A DNA stretch of 29,912 nucleotides from a virus (lineage: Duplodnaviria > Caudoviricetes): the IMG/VR virus record IMGVR_UViG_3300022839_000071, positions 1 through 29,912 of that record; one strand, given 5' to 3'. Position numbers and translations under genes: made by a program. Of the stretch, positions 5,284 through 14,764 are shown in pieces. The notes beneath the pieces were generated by a model. It ran no database searches, was not told the DNA's origin, and saw only the letters and a list, made by a program, of their open reading frames with translations. The stretch's first letter is position 1. Every line of letters begins with the position of its first letter.

Positions 5284-8261
5284 GCGATCCCCTGTATTCT
5301 TACTTCACCACGGCCACCAGCGCCGCCACTGCCAGAGTAGGCTTCTGTAATATAGTAGCCATAGCAGCAACCGCCACCTCCACCGCCTCCGTTAACTCCA
5401 CCCGCCCCGCCGTTTCCCGCCGATGCTTGATATGCAGAACCGCCTCCACCTCCGCCAAACCTAAAACTTAGGCCATCACCACCATTAGTCCCCGGTGTTG
5501 TCCCTGTTCCCACAGCGCCTCCGCTACCGCCACCGCCTTGATTTATTTTAGAGCCACCAGCGCCTCCGCTTCGATCGGTAGGTCGTCCCCCGCCGCCGCC
5601 ACCTGCTGCGCCACTAACAAACGAACCGTATCCTACATAACCATTCGCATTGGCATAGTTGATTTGTCCACCAGCGCCACCGTTGCTAAGCTCTGCCTTA
5701 GTGCTAGAAGAATTCGTTGTTAAAATAACACCACCCCCTAGCCCACCAGTCGCAGAAGCACTTAATTGACCGCCGCCGCCACCAACGCCAGAGTAGGCTG
5801 TTACAAGAGAGCCAAAGGTTGTAGTTCCGCCAGTGCCACCACTAACTCCCGGTGTAGTAGGGTCATTCCCACCCGCCGCACCAGTTCCACCAGCGCCCAC
5901 GGTGACAACTTCAGACAAAGAAATTTCAGACGCTAGTAAAAGGCGTGAAATGTAGCTCCCACCACCACCACTTGCGCCGCCAGACTGATTAGTGCCGGAG
6001 CCCATTTTCCGACCACTGCCGCCACCTCCACCAGCGCCGAATGCGTCAATCATAAACTGCGTGTATCCGGGTGGCTTCGTAAACGTACCGCTAGTAGTAA
6101 ACGCCCGATAAAATGCATTTAGTACAATCGATTGCAAGCCCGTACCGTCACATTGCACTAGCCGAACCTCATTAGGGTACATAATGTAGCTGGTCAAGCC
6201 GTCAATCGTCTCAGCGCCATCCGGGTCAAGTGTAATATCACCAGTACCTGAGTTGCGGATATACAACCACCAACCAGAAGCAAGTGTTGCAGCAGCGGTG
6301 AAGGTTTGGCTGAATGTGCCGCTGGTAATGTCAATCAGCGTACCTTGGTCTGCACCAGCAAGGATTGTGTTTGAAGTTCTAGCTGAACGGACTACTGATG
6401 CGACTGATGATGCTGGAGCTTCCCACGTACCGTCGCCTGCCGCGTCTGAGATAAGCTGATACCCCACCCCAGCACCTGTAGTGATTTTCACCGCAGTCAT
6501 TGTCTGCTTGTCGGTGAAAGTGTTAGCCGCTGTGGATGCAACTGTTGTGCCGATGTCAGCGTCCACTAAGATAGTGGCATCGTAGGCTTGAACCGTTGAG
6601 CCGATGTCAGCATCGTTAAGAAGGGTAGCATCGTAGGCTTGTACTGTTGTACCAATGTCAGCAGATTGCAATGCTGAATCAGCAAGCGCACCTTGCGCGG
6701 CCGTGGCGTAGTCGCCGCTTGCAGTCGTCGCCGCAGTGCCCAAGCCCAGGTTTGTCCTAGCGGTTATAGCATTTGTCAGGTCAGACAAATTATTGGCCGC
6801 AACCATATAACCCTCTGCTGAGATATATGCTGCGGTCCAGGCACTGCCAGTATAAACTTTCATAGCGTCGGCGCTAGTATCGAAATACAAATCGCCTGCT
6901 TGCAATGCCGAGCTGTCAGCCCTGGTCGTTGGATCGGAGGCAGATGGTCCGATGTAGACGTCAGCAAAGTTGGTAATGTCTGCCACGTTTGTGGCCGCCG
7001 TCGAGATCGCTGAAGAAATTCCAGCAACCGTTGTTACGTTAGCGCTGATGCCCGCGACAGTACCTATGTTGGCGCTGATGCCTGCGACAGTGGTGACGTT
7101 GGCGCTGATGCCCGCTACAGTGTTGACGTTGGTAGCGTTGCTATTAACAGCTGACACCGCTGAAGATATGGTGTTGACGCCAGTCACCGCCGCGCTAATT
7201 CCTGCTACCGCAGTAACGTTGGCGGCGATACCGGCGACTGTCGTAACGTTTGCCGCAATGTTTTCTACAGCGACAACGTCAGCGGAGATTCCCGCCACAG
7301 CCGTTACGTCAGCGGCAACCCCGGCAACAGCGGCCAGGTCGTCAGCGTCTACACCGGCAACCGCTGTAACATCAGTTGCGATACCAGCAACAGTGGCTAC
7401 ATTGGCGGCAATCGCAGCGACAGCTCCGATAGTATTGCTACCGGCCAAGTCAGTGGCTACGGTCCCAATATCAGTGGCGTCTCCCGCTACAGCTGTAACG
7501 TCAGTCGAGATTCCCGCAACCGTCGTAACGTTTGCCGCGATGCCAGCCACAGTGCCGACTGTGTCGCTACCCGCCAGGTCGGTAGCCACCGTGTTTATGT
7601 TTGTTGCGTTACTGTTTACAGCAGAAACCGCAGAGCTAATTGCCGACACGCCCGACACGGCGGAGCTGATGCCAGCCACCGTCGTCACGTTTGCGGAGAC
7701 ACCGGCCACCGTTGTAACGTTTGCGGCAATGGCGGAAACAATCACAATCTCGTCGGCGATAGCAGAAATCTCGGTGATCTCTACAGCCGTTGCACCAGGC
7801 AGTGGGTTACCGCTGGCATCAAACGCCAGGTACTTGTTCGCTCGATCTGTTGCTCTAGGCAAAACCATGTTGATCGATGTGGGGTCTGTCTGGGGCGCTT
7901 GCAGTGACCTGGCCAGGCCCTCGGCGTTCTGCTGCGCAAAGATGGTTTGCTGGTCCAGCTCATCATTAACTGTGTTAGCAAAAAAATCTCCGCCGGTCAC
8001 AAAGTCACTGGTTCGCTCAATTGTCCGATTGCCTACGATCGCAATTTGAGTGGCGCCAACTGGGGATGTGACCAGGCTGATTGACCCGGTGCCGTTGTCC
8101 GCAATAGTGACTGAGTAATCTGTCGTCAGGGTTAAGAGCGTGTCGTCCTTGTACACTGCGATGTCAGTGTTCGCTAGTATCTCAAACGTAAAAGCATACG
8201 GGCCCGTGCCGGACGCCGCATAGACTACCCGTCGTGGTACGTTGTTAATTGGGACGCTCAT
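5280..8261 (-). CDS. Tail fibre protein
   Basis: T7 gp17-like N-terminal adaptor (YAFTFEIL..DIAVY..DYSV..RTSDF..LD), repetitive stalk, 'ANNLSDL..ARTNLGLG' motif and a C-terminal glycine-rich domain. GAGGA RBS. Confidence 0.93.
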   Translation of the reverse strand: MSVPINNVPRRVVYAASGTGPYAFTFEILANTDIAVYKDDTLLTLTTDYSVTIADNGTGSISLVTSPVGATQIAIVGNRTIERTSDFVTGGDFFANTVNDELDQQTIFAQQNAEGLARSLQAPQTDPTSINMVLPRATDRANKYLAFDASGNPLPGATAVEITEISAIADEIVIVSAIAANVTTVAGVSANVTTVAGISSAVSGVSAISSAVSAVNSNATNINTVATDLAGSDTVGTVAGIAANVTTVAGISTDVTAVAGDATDIGTVATDLAGSNTIGAVAAIAANVATVAGIATDVTAVAGVDADDLAAVAGVAADVTAVAGISADVVAVENIAANVTTVAGIAANVTAVAGISAAVTGVNTISSAVSAVNSNATNVNTVAGISANVTTVAGISANIGTVAGISANVTTVAGISSAISTAATNVADITNFADVYIGPSASDPTTRADSSALQAGDLYFDTSADAMKVYTGSAWTAAYISAEGYMVAANNLSDLTNAITARTNLGLGTAATTASGDYATAAQGALADSALQSADIGTTVQAYDATLLNDADIGSTVQAYDATILVDADIGTTVASTAANTFTDKQTMTAVKITTGAGVGYQLISDAAGDGTWEAPASSVASVVRSARTSNTILAGADQGTLIDITSGTFSQTFTAAATLASGWWLYIRNSGTGDITLDPDGAETIDGLTSYIMYPNEVRLVQCDGTGLQSIVLNAFYRAFTTSGTFTKPPGYTQFMIDAFGAGGGGGSGRKMGSGTNQSGGASGGGGSYISRLLLASEISLSEVVTVGAGGTGAAGGNDPTTPGVSGGTGGTTTFGSLVTAYSGVGGGGGQLSASATGGLGGGVILTTNSSSTKAELSNGGAGGQINYANANGYVGYGSFVSGAAGGGGGGRPTDRSGGAGGSKINQGGGGSGGAVGTGTTPGTNGGDGLSFRFGGGGGGSAYQASAGNGGAGGVNGGGGGGGCCYGYYITEAYSGSGGAGGRGEVRIQGIA
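6546..6663 (-). repeat. 51-bp (17-aa) imperfect tandem repeat within the tail fibre, about 2.3 copies
   Basis: ADIGTTVQAYDATLLND / ADIGSTVQAYDATILVD / ADIGTTV; the DNA repeats cc(g/a)atgtcagc and gcatcgtaggcttg. Confidence 0.85.
7000..7740 (-). repeat. 30-bp (10-aa) imperfect tandem repeats encoding the tail fibre stalk
   Basis: Repeated (S/A)ANVTTVAGI units; for example gcgctgatgcc(c/t)gc recurs at 30-nt intervals near 7042, 7072 and 7102. Boundaries are approximate. Confidence 0.9.
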
Positions 8262-8299
8262 GGTTTAATCCTCGCTCATAAAATTGTACAGCTGTCTGG

Positions 8300-11143
8300 C
8301 TATTTGTAGTAGAGGCCTTGAACCTCACGGTTGGTCTCAAACTCTAAAATCTTTTCCTGCAAGTCCAAGTCCCGCGACTTTAGTATTTGCTGGGCCGCAG
8401 TCATTAGCTTAGAGTGCGTTTGCTGCACTTGCTGCTGCCGCCCTTCAAGCGATAGGCTTTCCATTCCAGGCGCTCTAATCTTGTCTAAGATTAGCTGTTT
8501 AGCATCAAGCTCCTGACTGTAGATGGTAATTAGCTGGTTGTACTGGTTAGCATCAAGCTCAACTCCCGACAGCTTCCTGCTGGGCATACCAATCGGCGAG
8601 CCCATGCGGACCAACTCGTCGTCTACTTCGCTAAATTGCTGAGGGCTTACTCTGGTTGGCAGCACCATCTCGTATCCTTTACCCTGGCCACTCATAAGGA
8701 CCTCGCCCCACAGGTTAAGTCTCTCTGGTAGGTTTTCATTGTAACCAGGCAAGCGGCTGCGGTAGCGGTTAAACCCCTCCATAAAGCCACGCACACCCAT
8801 CGGTAAATCTGGACTGGCCTTGACGTCTTTAATTGTCGGATCGTAATACCTGTTGATTGTCCCGACCATAGAGCTGTAAACGCCAGCTGGTGATCCGCCG
8901 ATTACAAAGCTGCCGTACTGTTTAGTCAAGTTGTTAAGAAACGCCTTGCTCTTTTCGCCCTCCGCCGCCTGCATAAATCCAGCAATATCAGACACGCCCT
9001 GCAAGTATGGCTGCTCTTTCATAAACTCAGCCAGGCCCATAGCCGCGCCTAGAAAAACTTGGGCGATTTCGTCGTCGTCGTCGGACCTCATGGCGTACTC
9101 TGTGTAGTCCGCAGCGATCGCCAACAGCGCAGAGACGGGCTCCATTCCCGAGTAGGATATCCACTCATCGCCAACCTTAATCGAGTAAGGCCTCCAGCCC
9201 GTGCGCTCCAACGCGTCACGCTCGGCGCGGCGAGACGGCCCAGAGCCACTAATGCGGCCCTCTGCTGCGTAGCCAGAAAACGTGGCCATCAGCGCTGTGC
9301 TCAATGTAACTTTAGCCAGAGCCATGTCTCGGTAGATGCCGCCCTTGGCAATCTCACCACGATACCTTGCCGAAAGCGGCGCAAACGGCGTTCGCTCTAA
9401 AACCTCTAACCCGATGTTTGCTGGCGTCTTAAAGAACGGCACCAGCACTTTAAGCATTGGATGATTAAATGTTTTCTGCAGGTTTGCCAGTCCCTCTGGA
9501 AGCTCGGCGGTGAACGTGCCACGTTGAGCAAACAGCATTGCTGCTTCGTCCAGGTCTGCTGGGGGGTCAGCTAGTAACGCCTTGACCTCAACAGACATCT
9601 TAGCCGCCGCATCAACCTCGGTCATACCCGACTCGATGGCGTCCCGGTAGATAGTCTTAGCCCGGCGGCTAACCAGGGTGTTGATTTCCATGCGGTAGAG
9701 CACGCCTTTAAAAAACTCATCTTGAGTCATCAATGCCCGGCCAGGCACGTTAATGGCTGTGCCGTAGAAATCTAGCGCTTTACCCTGCCAGGTCTCTTGG
9801 CCATAACCGCTAATGCGCTGGAGCGTTTCGCCGGTCGACTCTTGCAGCCCTCGCTGGACTTCAACTTTGCTTAATGCGTCGCTTGGTGCGCCGGTCTTCC
9901 ACGCCCGTGCGCCAAGGTGCAAGCCATCAGCCCAGCCCTGTTGCAAAGACATGACCATTGTCAGCGCTTCGTCGTATGCGATTTTTTCGTCAGCGGACCC
10001 AGGCGTTAACGCTTTCCAGCTGCGCACGCCTTTTGGTAGAACGTTGCTATAGAAAGCGCCAATTAAGCGCTCTGGAATCTGGAACGCGCCAAACAGCGTG
10101 TTGCCCACAATGTTCTTCGCGTGCGTTGTTGGGCCAGATAGCAACCCGTTGATGTAAGTGGTGAACCAAATATCCTTGACGCTAGAGAACATCGACTTCT
10201 CGACAATTCCGTTTTTGGCGGCCCGGCTGTCAAGAGACAGATAGCTTTTAGCCAAGTCTTGCAGAGACCTGTCGCCGCCGTACTGGTCCAGAACTTGGCG
10301 AATAACATCGGTGCTACCTTCGCGGGGAATGCGGAATACAGCCAGGGCCCGGGCAGTCTCAGACTGCATCCCTTTGACGCCCTTTTGGATCATGCCGTGC
10401 AGCGCTATTTGCTGGCGGAGCTTGAGCTTATCAACGTCTGTGGCCAAGCCCTCATTGACCATCTTAAACAGGCGGTCCAGCTCTTTAGCGCTAGACTCCA
10501 AAACCTCAAGAGCCTTGTAAGTGTCAGACGCGTTGCCCATTGTCTGGCCAGTGTTGTCTACCAGGCGTGTCAAAAACGATTCATCGATTCCACCAGCTGC
10601 GGCTTTGGCCTTGATTTCAGCAAAGGTCACCACCTTTGTCTGGATGCCAAGCGCATCGGCGACCCCGGCGACCACCGCGGCGGCATCCTGAGTCTGATAC
10701 ATAGACAGGTTAAACGGCTCGTCTGGCGACCCGCCCGGCTTACCGACTAGCGCGCCCTGCTTTTGGCGACGACTAATCGCCTCGGTTGTTTGGTCTGTAA
10801 GAGTCTGGTCCGCTTCTGGGATAACCGTATATGGCCCAGCCTTACCGGCTTCGCCAAGCTCGCCCTCTGGCACTTTGCCAGCAATGACATTGCGCTCGAC
10901 CTTTGACGAGCCTTTAGTAATCTGGCTACGGATAATCTTGTTAACAGCAGACCCAAGGCCAGCAACCTGAACACCCTCGTCCATGTTGGGAGTGCCAGGC
11001 AACGTCGTGTCTGCGTCCGGCATCTCTGCGACGCCTTCCGCTGGCATCGGCTGCAGGTCTAAAGGACCGACCATTGGTGCAGGCGACTGCTCTGGAAGAA
11101 TCCCGGCAAGGCGCTGATCAAGCGGTGATTGTTGAATAGCCAT
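8300..11143 (-). CDS. Large putative internal virion (ejection) protein
   Basis: 947-aa helical protein between the tail tube genes and the tail fibre. Contains VPFFKTPANI, GRISGSGP and GWRPYSIKVGDEWISY.GMEP motifs typical of large podovirus internal proteins. Confidence 0.75.
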   Translation of the reverse strand: MAIQQSPLDQRLAGILPEQSPAPMVGPLDLQPMPAEGVAEMPDADTTLPGTPNMDEGVQVAGLGSAVNKIIRSQITKGSSKVERNVIAGKVPEGELGEAGKAGPYTVIPEADQTLTDQTTEAISRRQKQGALVGKPGGSPDEPFNLSMYQTQDAAAVVAGVADALGIQTKVVTFAEIKAKAAAGGIDESFLTRLVDNTGQTMGNASDTYKALEVLESSAKELDRLFKMVNEGLATDVDKLKLRQQIALHGMIQKGVKGMQSETARALAVFRIPREGSTDVIRQVLDQYGGDRSLQDLAKSYLSLDSRAAKNGIVEKSMFSSVKDIWFTTYINGLLSGPTTHAKNIVGNTLFGAFQIPERLIGAFYSNVLPKGVRSWKALTPGSADEKIAYDEALTMVMSLQQGWADGLHLGARAWKTGAPSDALSKVEVQRGLQESTGETLQRISGYGQETWQGKALDFYGTAINVPGRALMTQDEFFKGVLYRMEINTLVSRRAKTIYRDAIESGMTEVDAAAKMSVEVKALLADPPADLDEAAMLFAQRGTFTAELPEGLANLQKTFNHPMLKVLVPFFKTPANIGLEVLERTPFAPLSARYRGEIAKGGIYRDMALAKVTLSTALMATFSGYAAEGRISGSGPSRRAERDALERTGWRPYSIKVGDEWISYSGMEPVSALLAIAADYTEYAMRSDDDDEIAQVFLGAAMGLAEFMKEQPYLQGVSDIAGFMQAAEGEKSKAFLNNLTKQYGSFVIGGSPAGVYSSMVGTINRYYDPTIKDVKASPDLPMGVRGFMEGFNRYRSRLPGYNENLPERLNLWGEVLMSGQGKGYEMVLPTRVSPQQFSEVDDELVRMGSPIGMPSRKLSGVELDANQYNQLITIYSQELDAKQLILDKIRAPGMESLSLEGRQQQVQQTHSKLMTAAQQILKSRDLDLQEKILEFETNREVQGLYYK

Positions 11144-12993
11144 TATTGAACCTTAGTCCGGGGCGCACGTTTCGCTTTAGTTACTGTTGGGGAGGCTGCG
11201 GCTGCATCATTTGGCGCAGCTTGTCCGACGCCGACTGTATCCCCTGGTCCTGCAAGGCTTGCTTGTTTTGCTGTAGCTTTAACTTCATTGCGGCTGCCTC
11301 TAGCTGCAGCAAAGTCGGCATCTGTAAACTCGATGCCTCTGGCGTTAAGTAGGTTTTTTGCTCCATCTGAAAAGCTCTCCGATCTGGCGGACTTAATGCC
11401 CATGTTAAAATAAAGGCTTTGCTCGTAGTACCAAAGAACGGCCTGGTTAGCCTGCTCGTCTAACTTCATGTTGTCGGCAACGGAGCGATTCCAAACCTTC
11501 ATTAATGAACGCTCAGACTCGTTGCGAGGAGCGTCAACAAGACCTTGCTCGCTAACCGGCCCACTGGTTAATGTGCCTGTATGACGATTATATGTTCTAG
11601 TAAACCATTTGTCAGCTGTTGTTTCTTTGATGCCGTTTAGGTTTAAGAAGAACGCGCCACCTTTTTCGCCGATTAAAAACGCGCCCATTTTCATGTCACC
11701 GGCCTTGCCTGGAATGCTAGGGGTTTTGTACAAGCCAGAGTCGGCTTTCATTTGAGTGATCTCTTTAACTGTGTGAGGCGTCAGCAACCATTCAGCGTAA
11801 TCGTCTAAGCCCATGCGGCCAATCATGTACTCATGTAGCTTGAGCTGCTGTTCCATAATAGGGCCGGTAGTGCCGCCCCACAACTTGCCGTTTTCTGGGT
11901 TGCGAGAGTAAATCTTGCCGTCTCGCATTAGGCCTTCAGTAAGACGCATGGCCACTGACCAGTTCTCGCCAGCCCGTTTGTTGTAACTAGTGGAGGCGGC
12001 AAAGACGGTGGTCAACACGCGCAAGGACTCATCTGTCGCCAGCTCGGGGACAATCTTTGCCCCCAAAGTAAATGCGTCTACGACGTCATCTTCGTACCAA
12101 GTAGCGCCACTAATTGGCTGCGACAATTGGTATTCAGCTTCTGCGCTGGCCGAGTCAACCATTTTTACTAAGTCGCCAGGATTGGATGGGTTTAGTGGCT
12201 GGCCGTTATTCATGGCTAGTTGAGATTTCTCTAACACAACCCCGACGTCACCAACAGTAAGTATGCCCTTGCTGCCGCTCCCGGTAATCTCTGGTTTAGT
12301 TAAGCGCAGCGCAACAGATGGGGCGCGCTCTGCCTGAGATGTGTAAACGCTCAATACAGGGTCGGCTTTAATAACGTCGACAGCTTGCGTTAACTCTTGT
12401 ATAGGAGAGAATTCGGCAGGGTTAATTACATACATTGGCTTTAGCGCGTCAGGTACCACACCGGCTAATGGGCCGGTGCCCTCCATAATCGCGCGGTCCA
12501 ACTGCTTCCCGGTTGCGCTTAGTAGGGCCTTGCCGCCACGTAACGCGCCTTTAGCCAAACCGCCAAGGCTTACAAACTCGCCCATCTGCTGCGGCGATGT
12601 GGCCTCGCCTTGCATAAAACTTGGCATTGGCACGTTGCTGTTTAGCCAGGCGTTTACACTTTCTGTAGTCCACAAAATTGTTTGGTCTTTCATGCCTGCC
12701 AAAAACGCCTCGGCTTTTGATTGATCTCCACCTCGCGTGAAGATTGACGCCACGCCACGGCCAATCATTTCAATATCACCAAACCCGCCAACAGTGCCGG
12801 TGACCGCGCCCTTGCCCATACGGGCCACGTCTTGGCCAAAGCGGGTCGCGGCCTCCGCCGAGAGCGGCCCAGGGCCCTCGCCAGCGCCAGGCACCGCCTC
12901 CGGCTCCATAGACATCTGCTCCATTGTGGGGGCTGGGAACTCAAAGTCAGTTAGCCGTTTAAGGTACGCCTGTTCGATTGCGCTTGTTGCCAT
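11143..12993 (-). CDS. Putative internal virion protein carrying an HhH-GPD (EndoIII-like) glycosylase-like domain
   Basis: Lies in the ejection-protein block with TAATG coupling on both sides. Gly/Ala-rich N-terminus; the C-terminal half has IGEKGGAFFLNLNG..TADKWFTRTYNR (see findings). Confidence 0.6.
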   Translation of the reverse strand: MATSAIEQAYLKRLTDFEFPAPTMEQMSMEPEAVPGAGEGPGPLSAEAATRFGQDVARMGKGAVTGTVGGFGDIEMIGRGVASIFTRGGDQSKAEAFLAGMKDQTILWTTESVNAWLNSNVPMPSFMQGEATSPQQMGEFVSLGGLAKGALRGGKALLSATGKQLDRAIMEGTGPLAGVVPDALKPMYVINPAEFSPIQELTQAVDVIKADPVLSVYTSQAERAPSVALRLTKPEITGSGSKGILTVGDVGVVLEKSQLAMNNGQPLNPSNPGDLVKMVDSASAEAEYQLSQPISGATWYEDDVVDAFTLGAKIVPELATDESLRVLTTVFAASTSYNKRAGENWSVAMRLTEGLMRDGKIYSRNPENGKLWGGTTGPIMEQQLKLHEYMIGRMGLDDYAEWLLTPHTVKEITQMKADSGLYKTPSIPGKAGDMKMGAFLIGEKGGAFFLNLNGIKETTADKWFTRTYNRHTGTLTSGPVSEQGLVDAPRNESERSLMKVWNRSVADNMKLDEQANQAVLWYYEQSLYFNMGIKSARSESFSDGAKNLLNARGIEFTDADFAAARGSRNEVKATAKQASLAGPGDTVGVGQAAPNDAAAASPTVTKAKRAPRTKVQ

Positions 12994-14753
12994 TACTGGG
13001 TTACCCCCTCTACAATATTGAGCTGCCGAATAATTTCTCGCAAAATGTTTTCGCGGGTCTTGTTGCCCTTGGCTTTAAGCGTAAGTGCTGGCAGGCTGTC
13101 TCTAGTAATTGGCCCGTTAATCCAATCTTGCTTTTGGTAATTATCTATCCTAGCCTGGGCCCCTCTAACCGCCTCGGTGTTTCTTGCGTCGCCCACTTCT
13201 TTTTCAAGCGAAAGCAAAATACTTTCTGCCGATATAAACTTTCCGTCGGCATCCGCTTGCGCTTGCAAGCTGGCGGCTCGGGCCCTTAAAACGCCAAGTT
13301 GTTTAAACTGAGCGCCTTTGGGGTCTAGTGAAACGGCTACTCCAGGTATAGTCGATATCCCAGCTAACCTAGCTAACCCGGCGTTTAACTTTCTGTCGTT
13401 TGCTTTGTCTTGAGATACAAGCGCTTTAAGCAAACTAACAGACTGTTTACCGGACAGACCTGGCACGCGGCTCAGTTGTTCTGGCGTTGTGATTTGCCCG
13501 TTGTATATCATTGCCAGCGCATTAAACTCAATCATTGAGTTGCCGTCTTTGTCGGGCTCGTTCAAATCTTTAAGAACGCCAATGGGTACCGCATCTGGGT
13601 TTTTCTTGGCGATCTCATTCATCTGCAAAACAAGATCTGGCCTGCGCCCGTCAGTTACCGGCATCGCTATGGCTTGCGTGTACAAGTTAACAAACGATAT
13701 GACGTCCGCGTCTTTTTGCGCTTCAGCTTTGCGTTGGCTCAATGTGTAGAGGCCGTTGACCTCGGTCATCACGTTTGCAGATATTGCTTTGATCGCCGCG
13801 TAATCAGTCGCCCCAAGTATTTGCGCTACCTCTGACATTTTGCCTAAGTCGCCGTCACGTAGTCTTTTGAGAGCCAGGTCTGGGTCGGCCATCATAGCTT
13901 CGTCATTAACAATAAACTTAGTCAACACGTTTATTTTTGCAGTGCGCACAGCTGTCTCAAATCGGTCGGCGTACTCTTTGGCCAACTGCCCATTCGCAAG
14001 AGTAAGGGCCTTGATGGCCATATTCTTGCGCTCCGCCGTAATAATAGTCTCAATGCTTTGCCTTTGGCCGTCGCCATCAACCCAAAACCCTTGAGAGATT
14101 GTCGCCTCCAAGATTCTCTCTGTGTTTGAGAAGTCTATCCGCAGCGCTATTTCATTGCGCTCCTTGTCGCGCTTTAACTCAAACTCGGCGGCTTTTTGCA
14201 AGACGGTGTTGCCGGTCGTCGCAATACTAGCGCGCAGCTTCATCGCCGCCTCTGGTGACTGAGTGCCAACTACTTTACTAAACCCGTCAGACAAAGAAGT
14301 AATCGCAGCTTGGAAATTAGCCGTTGTTACGCTTTCGTCGCCGGACTCCAAGGCCACAAGCATTTTTGTCAACTGCGACCTAGCCTCGACTTCAAACGTG
14401 CTAGAAAGCTGGAACGCCCTAGCCTTCTCCATAGCCCTTTGATAAATAGCACCGCCGCCGCCAGTATTTAAATCAAGCGGCTTAAGGTCGCCATTCACAG
14501 CCGCTTGAAGCTGAACGTTTGTAATTGGGTTCTCGGCTGCAAACCTGGTTGCCTGCTCTTCAGCATAAACACCGGCAGTATTAAACAGCGAGCCGCTTAA
14601 CCGGTCTAGTGTCTGAGCCATCTGCTGGTTTGCTGAGACAGCGCGCTGTATCCCGGTGTAGCTAGGAGCCTGAGCCTGCACGTTTGGCGTGACAGCGCCG
14701 GAGATGCCAATCGCCTGCATACGCCCTGATTCCATTCTTGGTAATGTTGCCAT
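12993..14753 (-). CDS. Putative internal virion protein (T7 gp15-like position)
   Basis: 586-aa helical Ala/Gln-rich protein starting MATLPR; second gene after tail tubular protein B. Confidence 0.65.
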   Translation of the reverse strand: MATLPRMESGRMQAIGISGAVTPNVQAQAPSYTGIQRAVSANQQMAQTLDRLSGSLFNTAGVYAEEQATRFAAENPITNVQLQAAVNGDLKPLDLNTGGGGAIYQRAMEKARAFQLSSTFEVEARSQLTKMLVALESGDESVTTANFQAAITSLSDGFSKVVGTQSPEAAMKLRASIATTGNTVLQKAAEFELKRDKERNEIALRIDFSNTERILEATISQGFWVDGDGQRQSIETIITAERKNMAIKALTLANGQLAKEYADRFETAVRTAKINVLTKFIVNDEAMMADPDLALKRLRDGDLGKMSEVAQILGATDYAAIKAISANVMTEVNGLYTLSQRKAEAQKDADVISFVNLYTQAIAMPVTDGRRPDLVLQMNEIAKKNPDAVPIGVLKDLNEPDKDGNSMIEFNALAMIYNGQITTPEQLSRVPGLSGKQSVSLLKALVSQDKANDRKLNAGLARLAGISTIPGVAVSLDPKGAQFKQLGVLRARAASLQAQADADGKFISAESILLSLEKEVGDARNTEAVRGAQARIDNYQKQDWINGPITRDSLPALTLKAKGNKTRENILREIIRQLNIVEGVTQ

Positions 14754-14764
14754 TTTTTATACTT

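Noticed and set aside
7000-7740. Regularly spaced repeats as a CRISPR array
   Set aside because: The repeats are in-frame, degenerate at third codon positions and lack unique spacers; no cas genes are present.
6970-8049. 359-aa antisense ORF on the + strand opposite the tail fibre repeats
   Set aside because: It is a shadow of the repetitive Ala/Val/Thr/Gly codons of the tail fibre. It has no RBS and mirrors the same repeat.
5280-8261. Diversity-generating retroelement acting on the tail fibre, as in BPP-1
   Set aside because: No reverse transcriptase and no template/variable repeat pair differing at adenines is seen in this window, and the fibre tip is Gly-rich rather than C-type lectin-like. 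A DGR outside the window cannot be excluded.
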